Assembly (NCBI RefSeq): GCF_032444005.1
Contig: NC_091291.1
Location: 109,864,001-109,928,000, forward strand
DNA: 64,000 nucleotides
Source: Ranitomeya imitator
Lineage: Eukaryota
Reading direction: 5' to 3'
Part shown: piece after piece, positions 11,491 to 23,478 of the stretch
How positions within the stretch are numbered: the first letter of the stretch is position 1
Layout: every line of letters starts with the position of its first letter
The notes under the pieces: model-generated
What the model was told of the DNA's origin: nothing
Databases searched by the model: none
What the model saw: only the letters and a program-made list of their open reading frames with translations
Program-made: the position numbers and the translations under genes

Positions 11491-11814
11491 TTACACATTC
11501 AGTCAATGTTCATTTCCAGGCGGAAACCCACAGCCCCTGACGTTGCATCGGATATATATTTTTTTTTTTTAAATCTCGTAATTTTGGTAAAATATCATAC
11601 AATTCTTGATCCGTAATCGCAGCATGCTTTTTTTTTCTGATACAGAATTCCATTAGATTAGTTGCGTTTAACCCCTTCCCCCCACAGCCAATTTTTGTTT
11701 CTTCCTCCTCTTTTCAACATTTTTTTTATTTTTCCATCTGGACGAGTTGTGGTTTTGAATAAAGTTGTACCAGTTGTGACTTGTATTGTTCAAGATTATT
11801 GTACCTGTTTTTTA

Positions 11815-11890
11815 TTATGCATACCCCTCCTCACGTGTAAAGCGCCATGGAATAAATGGCGCTATAATAATAATAATAATAATAATAATA
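11815..11890 (+). mobile_element. L2 LINE 3' end
   Basis: TGTAAAGCGCCATGGAATAAATGGCGCTAT followed by (AAT)n tail; similar ends at ~22555-22612 (+) and ~36525-36700 (-). Confidence 0.6.
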
Positions 11891-12959
11891 TTTTTTTTTT
11901 ACAATATAATGTATTTAAAGACATAAAAAAAAAATTCCAAGTAACTTGAAATTACGAAAAAAACAAAATTCAGTTTAGCATTGTATTTTTGGGTATAATT
12001 TTGCGGCGTTCATTGTATGGTCATAATGACCTGGCAATGGGATTCTCCTGGCACATATGATTATGGTAATACCAGTCTTATATGTTTCTTTTTATTATTC
12101 TGAAATTTGTAAAAAAAAAAAACAAATAATTTTGATTTCTGTCGCTATTTTTCAAGTCCCATAACTTGTTTGCGTTTCTGTGGATAGAGCTTTGTGGTGG
12201 CTTTTTGCTTTTTTTGAGCTACGGTTTTTAGAGTTTCCATTTGGAGGTACATAGCATTTTATTGCATTTTCGGCAGGGAAAAAAATGTGCATTTTTGCAC
12301 TTTGAATTTTTTATTCATAGTTTATCCAATACATTAATAATGGGTTAATAATACAAAATATGTTTTTTTCCTTTTCTTTTTATTTTGGGGAAAATGGGGT
12401 GATTCAAATTGTTATGTTATTTTATTTTTTCATGTTTTTAAAAACTTCTTTAGCTCCCTCTAAGGGACTTGAACCGGTGGTTGTTTGATTCTGCAATGTA
12501 ATGTAACGGATGAGTCTTGCAGTATATTGTATAATCTCTTATGACTTTACAGGAGTACCAAGATGGCGGCCGCTGGGGCATTCAGCAGCCCACCGGCTAT
12601 AAAAGCGAAACATTGACACCCTAAGGTTTAGTCGTGGCCAGGGGACAATGGGCTCCCAAATGGACACCCTAGCTGGATTATGCCCCAGAAATGCTGTTGC
12701 TAGAGATTCACGACAGCATTTAAAGGGTTATGTAGCAGAGATTGGAGTTGGCTCCGGTTGCTTCTGTTAAAGGTAGATGCTGGCTGTACAACACCACAGG
12801 CACCTGCATCAGCTACATTTACGCCACATAGAGACAAAAGATTATGATATAACATCACCACTAGAGGGAGCTGAATGTATTCAGTACTATTAGTGACCTC
12901 AGTGTATGCAGTACGCTCCCTCTAGTGGTGGCTGCAGGTAACATTATGTTTTATTTTAA

Positions 12960-13395
12960 AGGGATTTTGTCACCAGGTTTTTACCAGCATGATGTCGGCG
13001 CAGTGACCATGATTCCAGTGGTGTATCACTTACTGGGCTGCTTGCTGTGGTTTTGATAAACTCACAGTTTTATCAGCAGGAGATTATCACTGTAGAACTC
13101 GTAAACCTCCTGCCAGGTAGTCCTCCATATTAATGATCTCTGTGTAACCCTGCCCCCACCACTTATTGGCAACATTCTGCCTATGCACAGTGCACATAGC
13201 AAGCTACCAATCAGGGATGTGGGCGGGGTTATACAGAGCTCAGCCTTCACAGAACTAGCAGATAAAACAGGGATTTTATCAAATCTACAGCATGCAGACA
13301 AGTAAGCGACACATCGCTGGAATCAGGGTCTACGTTCCTACATCATGCTGCCAGCTTTCAGGTGGAGGTAGCAATATCCCGGTGACAGATTCCAA
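12960..13395. mobile_element. T2/Kolobok-type MITE
   Basis: TTAA|AGGGATTTTGTCACC...GGTGACAGATTCCAA|TTAA. Confidence 0.65.
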
Positions 13396-14249
13396 TTAAA
13401 TGTAGGTCTTTGCTGAGGATTTGGAGCTCAACAAAGTTCCTATCACTTTAAAGATTTATTCAAGCATTTACACCAGATGGAAGGTTCACTCCCCTCCACA
13501 TTTCAGCTTCTCTGCTTTTATTCCTCATTATGCCTGGCTGAGGAAGCATCTGCACTGCCTGCCTGATATAACGCAGCTGCTGCAGATGCCAGTGGCAGGA
13601 GACTATGTGGCGAGGATCTCCCTCTGCCCTGGTGTCAGCGGCATCCTCTGCAAGTCATCAGTCGTGTCTGTGCTGGAGCCTGGCACGTGGGAAGAAAAGT
13701 GGACACTACTGCGTCTTGCCACTCGCAGAAATATGATATTGGATAATTTTCCTTATTTAAAAACAGCAAAATATAACAACGTTTACAATTCTGAAGGGGT
13801 CACAAACGTTCAAGCAATACTGTAGGTCCGTATCTGATGATAAGATGCACAAATAACTGGTTAGCCCTTATAAGATAATGTATCCTATGTGTGCAATGAT
13901 AACAACAAAAATAGCAATGTAAGGATGAGTTATTCCCCAAAATGTTATGCTTTATCCATATAATATGTTCAATCGTTGGGGTCTGACCACTAGGACCCCC
14001 TGTGATCCTCAGAGCATGTCTCAGAATGCTGGGAAACAGGCACTGAAAATATTCGACTGTGCGCACTTCGGTTCCATTCAAGATGGGACTTTGCACAGCC
14101 TGGAATCCAGAGCCCCATTCTAGGGTTAACTTACAATTTTAGGAAAGGCCTTTTAACTTAGAGGTCACACTATTAGAAATTATAAGTCTCTATTCCTCTT
14201 ACAGAGGCTATAATTGTGTCTTTTTGTCATCCATTTTTCTAAGTTCATT

Positions 14250-14899
14250 TTTCGAAATGCATGGTGCCTACAGTGGAGCATGGTGGAGGCAGTGTCCCGA
14301 TGTGTTGCTATATTTCAAAGATATTAGCATGAATTCTCAGATATACTGCTCTATATTGAAAGATAAGATGCTGACTTCACTTTGTGCCTTTGGTAGATGT
14401 GCACTTTTCCCTGACAATGACCTAAAACACACATCTGCTGCATTTCTGAAGAAGAACAGATTGAAAGTGATTCAGTGGCCAAGTGTCTTCCAATCTGAGC
14501 CAAACCCAACACCTATGGGGAATTCTGAAGAGACAAGTTGCCATCACTCTCCATCCAGCATCCAGGCTCTAAAAAGAGGTTGTTCTTTTAATAATGGAAA
14601 AAGATAAACAGTACAATATGTCGCCAATTTATTCATTCCAGGCCTAGAACACTTGGTGTTGTCCTTAAAATCATGGAGGTCATACAAAATACTAGACGTA
14701 GAAAAATTTAGAATGTACTCATTCCTCATTGAATGAAATTAAAGCTATATTAATTAGCCCTTACTTTCATGTTATGGGTTAAAAAATGTTCCACGAAAGT
14801 CAGTCTCGTTAAAATTTTGGAAATTGTTCTTGTGTTCAGTGAGATATTGATTAAAATCTTACTTTTCAAAGCAGCTGTACTCACTTATGCTGAGCACTG
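14250..14899 (+). mobile_element. Degenerate Tc1 transposon 3' half
   Basis: Translation resembles the Tc1 DDE region (MNSQIYCSILKDKML...DNDLKHTS...KVIQWPS); terminal ...CTTATGCTGAGCACTG|TA. Confidence 0.75.
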
Positions 14900-15565
14900 T
14901 ATATTACAATCATTTTTAGCATGCACACAAATTCGGCTCCCACAGTAATGGTTTTAACTAGGTACAACATTGTTGTATGCTTATAAAACCAATAAGCACT
15001 TGCTTATTTACTGTGACTTTTTTTTACAACAGAGTATTTTTTGACCTCTCTGTGCGCTTTTGTGTCTTCATTGTTGTATGCTTGCCCAAAGGCAGGCAAA
15101 GCTGAAAAGCAGTACGGCGCAGTACTGGCGCATGCGCCATACTGCTTTTCGGCTTTGCCGGCAATTGGGCAAGCATACTGCGCATGCGCGAGGTCACATT
15201 GCAATGTGCACGCACAAAGTCTGTATGTGCTCTGCGAGATTCACGGCGAAGAATGCGTACAGCAAGCCGAGGAGGGGGGGAGTGAGGGAACAAAGGTGAT
15301 GCAGATTAACATACAGCGCGGGACAAATTAAAAAGGTTTTTATGGGTGATGCATGGGGTGTCGGGGGTTTCAAATGTAGATGTGGAATGCATACCTGACA
15401 AGCAATTAAATGATATTTTTAGCTGATAGAGCAAAAAGTGGTGACAGGTTCCCTTTAAAGGTTAACTCAGGAGGTTGGGTAGGCAGTTCAAAAAATATAG
15501 ATAAGATACAGGGGTTAAGGAACAGTGAAAAAGGTATTTACAGTTCTTGGGGGGTTAACTTATCC

Positions 15566-17253
15566 TGTTAGACGTTTATCAAGATGTGGTCGTCCCAGAA
15601 CAGGTGATGGCGCCAACAATGGTTGATGCAGCACTTGTCCAATATGGTCCTGGAGGTAAGTGGTTGGTCCCCAGTACCTTTCGCTGAGCCCCTATTCCAT
15701 GTACTGATGTGGCCAGAGGAGCGCAGGCCAAGGCACTGTCTGAGGCCGACGGGACCCGGCAGGAATACACTGGTAAATCAAGGCGTAGATGACAGTCCTG
15801 CACCCGGTCTCTCTCTGGCAGCACGCACGCAGTACTCACTAGCCCAGAATGTTCAACATTGCATTTTGCGATCACCAATGGGCACACTGCACGTCCCTCC
15901 TCACAGTCTCTGTCACCGGTGGCGGGAAAGCTCGAGCACGGGCCCGCCCTATAATGATACTCAAGGGCCGGAGCACTAACGTCCCCCTTGTCACGCCGCT
16001 GCTGCTGCCGCCACCGCTCGCTGCATTTTCTCATACTTACCTGTCCTCGGCGTCCCGGCGCGGCTCCTCCTCCCGCAGCGTCTTCCTTTCGACGTCCGCT
16101 CTCGCCCCCTGCTGGTCATCGAGTGCGCGCGCACGCCAGGTTTAGTTCTGCACGTGCGCACTTCTAGCTTCCCTCCTGGGCCTCCTGCTCAGTCCTCTCT
16201 ATCATCCTGGAGGACTTTTACCCGGAGGTAATGCGCAGGGCATATATATATATCCGCCTCTTCCTCTCTCCTGTGCCTATGATCTTTTGTGCTTTATATT
16301 GCCCTAGGCTCTCTTGGTCTCTATGCATTGTGCGTGCTCTCTGACTTTAGGTTTCTTTCTCCGTCTCTCCAGCGCCCTGCCCGTTCCTGCATTCCTGCCA
16401 GTCTCTCCTTCTCTCCAGTACCCCGTCCGTTCCTGTGTTCCTGCCTTGTTCCTGCCAGTCCCCACGTCCGCAGTATCCTTCTGTATCCTGAATTCCTGTG
16501 GTGAACCTGTCGGCTCCTGCTTCCCTGCGGTACTCCTGCCAGTCTCTGTGTCCTAGCTTCTTCTGTGTTACCTTGGGTCCTTGCCCCTTCCCTAGCCTCT
16601 GTTACTTCCGTCAGCTAAGTGTATCTTCTATTCCGTTCTGGTCCCCCAGCTTCCGTGGCAATGGTCCCTCACGGGCCTGCCCCTAACTCTCCCTGTATAG
16701 GGGGATTTCCATCTGGTCAGCTCGTCCATGAGGGGTTCGTTGTCGCGGTCCAGAGGGTCCACTTTTTCCTCGCTCTAACGTCACACCCCTGCTGCGCGCT
16801 GTCTCTTCCCGCCAAGTCTGAAGCGCCGACAACAGCTGGCGTGATGTTTCTCCAACAATGTCCTGCAGACCACAGTCTGACGATGAGGACAGCAGCGAAC
16901 AGTCTTGAACCCTGCCCTAGCTCTTAGGCTGGCGTGCGGTGCTTAGCTGAACAGGGCTCCCAGCTCTTTACTTATTACTGCAGTGGGCTCCGGCAGCGTC
17001 CCGGCATCGGATCGGCCGCGTGTCATGGCGGCGCACCCCTCGGAGCCCGCTGCGCACGCACCTTGCCTCTGTCACTGCCGGCGGGAAACTGCCCAAAGCT
17101 GCGCGTGCTTCTACGTATAGCCGCGCCCCCCGTTTCAGGATCAGGGAACCTGTCCGGGCCTTTTTGCCTTACCCCGGACAACATGGGGCGCAGCCTCAGC
17201 ATTTCCATGCCCGGTCTGGCACAGGTACCCGCAGCCCGGTCTTCCTCCTTACA
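15566..17253. mobile_element. Probable solo LTR with a second solo LTR nested inside
   Basis: TGTTAG...CCTTACA termini, flanks TATCC/TATAC (imperfect 5-bp TSD). Confidence 0.5.
15989..16785. mobile_element. Solo LTR (797 bp), 5-bp TSD
   Basis: TGTCACG...CGTCACA termini, CCCCT on both sides. Confidence 0.75.
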
Positions 17254-18347
17254 TATACATAACAGATAACTGACATCAAGCTGCATGGTTCTCACAGATG
17301 ACCATGATGTCTTACAAATGGTCACACGGGGCAGCGTTTTAGGCCACGGTCACACGTTCAGTATTTGTAAGCCAAAACCTTGGATGGATAATAACTATCT
17401 ATCTACAGGGGCGTACATACAAATCATGGAGCCCCAAAGCTGAAGTCCTATTTGATGCTGCGGTAATGAGGACTTCCCAAATTGCTGGGCCTAATAAGAC
17501 TTATTGAGTGCTGCGCTTTTTTCACGTATGAGAAAAATGGACCGATTATTTTGATAAGAGTTTGATCAGGGGGTCATCAGTTTTTCTTGTGCGTGAAGAC
17601 AAAAAAGTTTCTCCACCTTCTCCTATGTGACAGTTCATGAAAATTGGACCACGCTCAGATGTCATCCCAGTGCAGTCCGATTTTTTCATGGACCCATAGA
17701 CTTGCATTGGCGATTTTGATTATACCCTTTGATCGGTCCTCAGTCTTTCTGTGCTCCTTTGTGATTAAATAAAGCATATGGAACAGTTATGATGAAATCC
17801 TAGCGACCCTGTAGTCTGAATGCAGCATCCTGCCTCGTCTGAGAAACAATCTCTTCCCTGTGTATTACCCGTAGCTCCGCTTGTTCAAATTGACCATTCA
17901 ACAGCTCCTACAAGGCTCAGGAAACAGCTTTATCTCTCCCCCATGCTTTACACTACAGTACAAGTTCTCCAAATTGGCTGCAAATGTTGGAAAAAAAATC
18001 AATACATGAAAAATGAATAATAACCAGACAACTGTTGCACTTAAAATAAAGGAAACAAACTTTAAAAAAAAGATATGTCTGGAGATCTACTCTGATGTAC
18101 TTTGTAATTTATAAGCAAAGAGCTGAAAGAAAGAAATAATGTACAAAACAGAATACATTTTGGTGATACGATATACTGTAATTGGTGATCCAATAGAACA
18201 TATATGCTACTGATAATGAAATGTTTGGGAAGTGATACATTGCCCATTTACTAGAAATGTTAAAGTCACAGGTTGCCTATGAGGATCCCGCCATTGAGTT
18301 TGCTTTGTATTCTTCTTGTCACTGGTTTATCACAAAGACCAACGACT

Positions 18348-18455
18348 TCATGTCTGTGTGATTGAGGCAGATGAGAAGGCTGCGGTGGAGTCAGGAGGGA
18401 CGTCTCTGGTGGTATCAGATACGGCTGAGGACGTGGTTTGATAGATGACCACACT
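18348..18455 (-). CDS. MS4A: MS4A gene B, last coding exon (SVVIYQTTSS...SITQT*)
   Basis: Acceptor ttttatttcag|AGT; 32/35 aa identical to the gene C last exon; paralogous 3' UTR follows. Confidence 0.85.
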   Translation of the reverse strand, partial: SVVIYQTTSSAVSDTTRDVPPDSTAAFSSASITQT

Positions 18456-18494
18456 CTGAAATAAAAGACATTTTATTGTATAAAAGAAGTAGAA

Positions 18495-18821
18495 TAGTGA
18501 TTAGCGAATGTGCTCGGATAAGGTTTAATCTGATCATGCTCGTGTGCTAATCGAGTGTCCGAGTGTCTTCGGCGTGCTCATATAATATGTTCAACTCCCC
18601 GTGGCTGCATGTCTCGTGGCTGTTCGACAGCCACAACACATGTAGGGATTATCTAACAAACAAACAATCCCTGCATGTGTTTGGACTGTCGAACAGCCGC
18701 GAGACATGCAGCCACGGGGAGTTGAACATATTTTTGGAGCATGCCGCAGACACTCGGACACTCGATTAGCACACGAGCATGATTGGATAACACCTTATCC
18801 CAGCACGTTCGCTCACAGCTA
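18495..18821. mobile_element. hAT-type palindromic MITE
   Basis: TAGTGATTAGCG...CGCTCACAGCTA termini with inverted halves; relatives near 3275-3935, 7437-7960 and 9600-9790. Confidence 0.6.
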
Positions 18822-19839
18822 AAGTGGAACAATTCTTAATATTTCACACAGAAAAGTCAGTTTTTAGTACTCAGAGTGCACAAGGGTGTAGAATTGTGAC
18901 TGGTCTCTCACACTGATGCTCTCCCCCTTATCTGCCATAGCAGGGACAACCCAATCCATAGTTTCAATGAAGTGTTGTGCAAAATCTCCATTAGATAAAA
19001 AGTCAACTAGAACTCTCGTGCCACCTATTGCATGTAACAATCCTTAAAGTGGTTCTTAAGGCTTTGGTTTAAAGTCTGCAGTCACCCTATGTGACTGCAG
19101 ACTTGTGCGTCTTCACAGTGTGCAAACTGTGCATTGTCAGGAAGCGCAGCATCACTCAATAGGGGAGAATTGAAGGAGGCCGGACATGTGGTTGGAATAT
19201 GGATGGAAGTATATAAATCGCATATACAGTGGTCACATGACCATTGCCAACACCGGAGAATCCTGACAGTGCGCAGTGTGCACGCTGTATGGATTCACAA
19301 GTCTGCAGTCACTCTATGGGGTTTTGTTTTTGTTATTTACCATGTTCCATAAATTGTAAAACTGATAAACGTTCAAAAAGTTTGTAAGGAAAAATAAAAA
19401 GTCGCTGTTTTCCGAGACCCGTATATTTTTCTTTTTTTAATATTAATTAAATTTAATTAAAATTTAATTAATTTTAATTGTTTGTTTTTAAATGGGGCAG
19501 AAGTGGGGTGATTTGAACTTTTATATTTCTTTTCCTTTTTTTAAAAAAAAAATTTTATTTTTATTTTTTTTAAACTTATTACTTGCTTCAATAGTCCCAT
19601 TAGGAGACTTGAAGCTGTGATCGTCTGATCACCTGTCTGATCACCTGTGCTACACATAGCAAAGCTGAAGCCCTACTATGTGTGGCATAACTCATGATCA
19701 TGAGATTTACAATGACAATGCAGAAAGACGACCTTGGACATACAGTACCTATACGTCCAAGGTCGTAAAGGGGGTTAAAGACAATATTGACCCTTTAATA
19801 AGAATTGTCTTAGTATATGAATCCAGACTAGACATTCCA

Positions 19840-19880
19840 TTTGCAAACACATGTTTCGGAGTGGTTGCCCTTCATCAGGG
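19840..19880 (-). ncRNA. Degenerate hammerhead-like remnant
   Basis: Minus strand CTGATGA AGGGCAACCACTCC GAAAC ATGTGTT TGCAAA, preceded on the plus strand by GACCCTTTAA as in the 1342-1999 element; stems I and II are broken. Confidence 0.45.
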
Positions 19881-20150
19881 TCTTTCAGTGCCACTCCACT
19901 AGGTATGCGCACACATCTTTATATGTGCACGAGGCTTAACTTTGCATCCACTTAAAATTGGTGGAGGTTACGCCAAGCCATTTTGGTAAATGAAATAGAC
20001 TAGAGTTTACCAAAAATATTTGCATGATCCGACCAAGGAAGTTCACACTGTCCTGGTCCAGGTACCATGGAGTACCAATGTGGACACCAGACCATGGTCC
20101 GGCAAATCTTTTTGCTCAGTTGTATAATAGACTATAAATTGACAACTCAC

Positions 20151-20270
20151 TATTTCTTGAAAAGACGATCGGCAGACAGTTCTGCATCCAAACACACTTG
20201 TGGATATGGAAATGCAAAATATCACCACAAAAAAGATTAAATTAAATGATAAAAAACCATAATAAACATC
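20151..20270 (-). CDS. MS4A: MS4A gene B, TM4 exon (DVYYGFLSFNLIFFVVIFCISISTSVFGCRTVCRSSFQEI)
   Basis: 120 nt, tctttcag|GAT ... ATA|gtgagt; F-C-I-S-I-S-x-S-x-F-G-C MS4A TM4 motif. Confidence 0.92.
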
Positions 20271-20728
20271 CTGAAAGACAAAAAAAATAGTTTGGGTTAG
20301 AAATCTCATTTTGTGTAATCGACTGCAATGCAATCCCATGTCTTATTTATTTTTTTATTTTTTTAATGTTTTTTTTTTTGCAATTTAAGGAGAAAACAGA
20401 CGAAAAAGCCAAAAATCCATATTGACATTGAAAGCTAATCCATCTGTCATGGGAATACAAACAGACAATGTACACTGTAGGCACGTATGCTGCGCAGAGG
20501 GATTTAGGATCCCAGCTCTAAATCACCAAATCAAATGTAGTAGATGGATTTTCATGGACAGAAGGACAAAAAAGGTACTGGATGAACATATCATGGGTAC
20601 GGGATTTCATAAACGCTCTTGTGTTATGTGTAGGGGTCCAGTTCCCACATTTATCCTTAGAATGTATCTGTATATTATGAAACTGGGCAGTATAAGGGGA
20701 GTGCAGTGTAAGGGCACAGTATAAAGAA

Positions 20729-21720
20729 TGGGGAATGTGAAGAGAAGGGGCAATGTGAAGAGAAGGGGCAATGTGAAGAGAAGGGGCAATGTGAAGAGAA
20801 GGGGCAATGCGAAGAGAAGGGGCAATGCGAAGAGAAGGGGCAATGCGAAGAGAAGGGGCAATGTAAAGAGAAGGGGCACTGTGAAGAGAAGGGGCAATGT
20901 GAAGAGAAGGGGCAATGTGAAGAGAAGGGGCACTGTGAAGAGAAGGAGCACTGTGAAGAGAAGGGGCAATGTGAAGAGAAGGGGCAATGTGAAGAGAAGG
21001 GGCAATGTGAAGAGAAGGGGCAATGTAAAGAGAAGGGGCACTGTGAAGAGAAGGGGCAATGTGAAGAGAAGGGGCACTGTGAAGAGAAGGGGCACTGTGA
21101 AGAGAAGAGGCAATGTGAAGAGAAGGGGCAATGTGAAGAGAAGGGGCAATGTAAAGAGAAGGGGCAATGTAAAGAGAAGGGGCAATGTAAAGAGAAGGGG
21201 CACTGTGAAGAGAAGGGGCAATGTAAAGAGAAGGGGCAATGTAAAGAAAAGGGGCACTGTGAAGAGAAGGGGCACTGTGAAAAGAAGGGGCAATGTGAAG
21301 AGAAGGGGCAATGTAAAGAGAAGGGGCAATGTAAAGAGAAGGGGCAATATAAAGAGAAGGGGCACTGTGAAGAGAAGGGGCAATGTAAAGAGAAGGGGCA
21401 ATGTAAAGAGAAGGGGCACTATGAAGAGAAGGGGCAATGTAAAGAGAAGGGGCAATGTAAAGAGAAGGGGCAATGTAAAGAGAAGGGGCACTGTGAAGAG
21501 AAGGGGCAATGTAAAGAGAAGGGGCAATGTAAAGAGAAGGGGCACTGTGAAGAGAAGGGGCACTGTGAAGAGAAGGGGCAATGTGAAGAGAAGGGGCAAT
21601 GTGAAGAGAAGGGACACTGTGAAGAAAAGGGGCAATGTGAAGAGAAGGCAAGGTGCAGAGAAGGGACACTGTGAAGAGAAGGGGCAATGTGAAGAGATGG
21701 GACACTGTGAAGAGACGGCA
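20729..21720. repeat. 18-bp purine-rich minisatellite (GTGAAGAGAAGGGGCAAT)n, about 50 units
   Basis: Direct reading; variants CAAT/CACT and GTG/GTA; lies in intron 5 of gene B. Confidence 0.95.
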
Positions 21721-21904
21721 CAGAATGGAAATTGCAGAGTGAGTGTAATGGCCGTTTCTGACCATACAGGGACACGGTCTGATCATACCACATCTCCTGG
21801 GCAGGGGAGGAAGCAAAAGAGAGTATACAGACAGGACAGCATGGGATCACAGCTGATTCTTTTTGTGAGGTAAAGCATTTCAATTCCTGTTTTTAAGCAT
21901 TGTA

Positions 21905-22282
21905 CATTTCCTATTCTTTTGCATGTTTGCCACATTTAAATGTTTCACATCACTGAACAGATTGAAATATTAAACAAAGATAACACAAGTAAAGGTGAAA
22001 TGCAGATTTTAAACGAAGGGCTTTATTATTAAAGTTAAAACAAATCCAAACCTGCAGGACCCTGTATGAAAAAGTGATTGCCTCCCCCATTTAAATGTAA
22101 GTTAACTGTGATTTATCACATCTCTGGGAAGCTGAATTCAAATTCCCTAGTCACACCCAGGCCTGATTACTGCCACACCTGTTCTCAATCAAGAAATCAC
22201 TTAAATTGGACCTGCCTGAAAAAGTGAAGTAGACCAAAAGATTCTAAAAAGCTAGACATCATGCCGTGATCCAAAGAAGTTC
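21905..22282 (+). mobile_element. Tc1 5' fragment (same family as 55255-59845)
   Basis: Matches the reverse complement of ~59450-59810, including the ATGCCGTGATCCAAAGAA transposase start. Confidence 0.75.
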
Positions 22283-22900
22283 ATGGCTATGGTAATGAAG
22301 CATTGTGCCTTTTTACAAGGTAAGGATTACAACATCAGTATCTGTAAGTGCATTAATTATAAGATTGAGCACTGTAGCATGCCAAATCTGTTAGGATGTA
22401 GCATGCTACAATGCTTAATCTTATAATTAACAGTGTGTATGGTCATTCCATAGACACCTATATGAGATTTTCGTACCTTGGTATGTGCACACGACATCTT
22501 CTTTGCTTTAATTATTGTATTGTTAATGTTCTTACTTATGACTGTTGTATTTGAAACTGTTAAACTGTAAAGCGCAGCGGAATATGTTGGCGCTATATAA
22601 ATAAAGATTTTTTTATTTTTTCAGGCCGATATCACCTAAAAAGCGCTAAAAAAGCTACAAAGAATAAACATAATGCACAGCAATGCAAAAACAACTTGCT
22701 GTGCGTATGTTCCATCAAGAAAGAGCTCTTCAAGATTTTTAATTCCATAAGATGCTCAGAAACTCATTACACGATACTTCTAGCTGTGATGTTTTTCTAA
22801 ACTCATACTTCCCCCTTAAATAGCATGGCTCATAACAACTGCAGTGAGAAAGACTGTTATAAGCACAATTGTAACCTAATAATATGAAGATGATTCTTAC

Positions 22901-23074
22901 CATAGAAGAAAAGTTTCCTAGGCAATGGCTATCACTTTTATAATATGAACAATATGATACCCGCAGGATGTATGGGGTAAAATCTGATAACAAGCAAACC
23001 TCCATTATAGCCATTATCATTCCACAAAATGCAGCTAGGGAAGTGAAAATATTCATCACCAAGCTCGACTTTAC
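22901..23074 (-). CDS. MS4A: MS4A gene B, TM3-EC2 exon (VKSSLVMNIF...YCSYYKSDSHCLGNFSSM)
   Basis: 174 nt, gtttcag|GTA ... ATG|gtaaga; SLxMNI MS4A motif and two-Cys extracellular loop. Confidence 0.92.
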
Positions 23075-23421
23075 CTGAAACACAAAGTAACATTAATTAT
23101 TTAAAGGGTTGTGTTGTTAAAGGGTTATCCCAACTGGGTGAGTTATAACTCATTGCTCCCCGAGGGGCGATCCATCTATTGTCTATGTGACTGCTGGAAA
23201 TAACTGTGGGTTGTACTTGGCTTCGGCAGTCCTATAGGCAATGAATATCCATTCTAAAGGGCATTTCATTCCTTCTATGGCAACTGATTGGAACCCGCTC
23301 AGATTTGTGCGGAGTGCCAATGACCATCATAATTGGCGGCCGTGATGTTGGTGACGTCACATCTGTGATGCATTAGTTTCGAGAAGCCTACTAAAAACTT
23401 TTTGCTAAACTTTTCTCTTAC

Positions 23422-23478
23422 TTTTCCAACCGTTGGTTTCACTGAAGCCGCCACCGACAGAGATCCGGAAATGACAAA
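23422..23478 (-). CDS. MS4A: MS4A gene B, 57-nt exon (FVISGSLSVAASVKPTVGK)
   Basis: ttttctag|TTT ... AAA|gtaag; hallmark F-I/V-I-S-G-S-L-S-V-A-A motif. Confidence 0.93.

Noticed and set aside
20518-21883. Long ORFs of 432, 342, 381 and 154 aa (KRRGNV, LFTLPL, HIAPSL repeats) resembling protamine- or membrane-like proteins
   Set aside because: Artefacts of an 18-bp (multiple of 3) stop-free minisatellite in an intron; open on both strands in several frames
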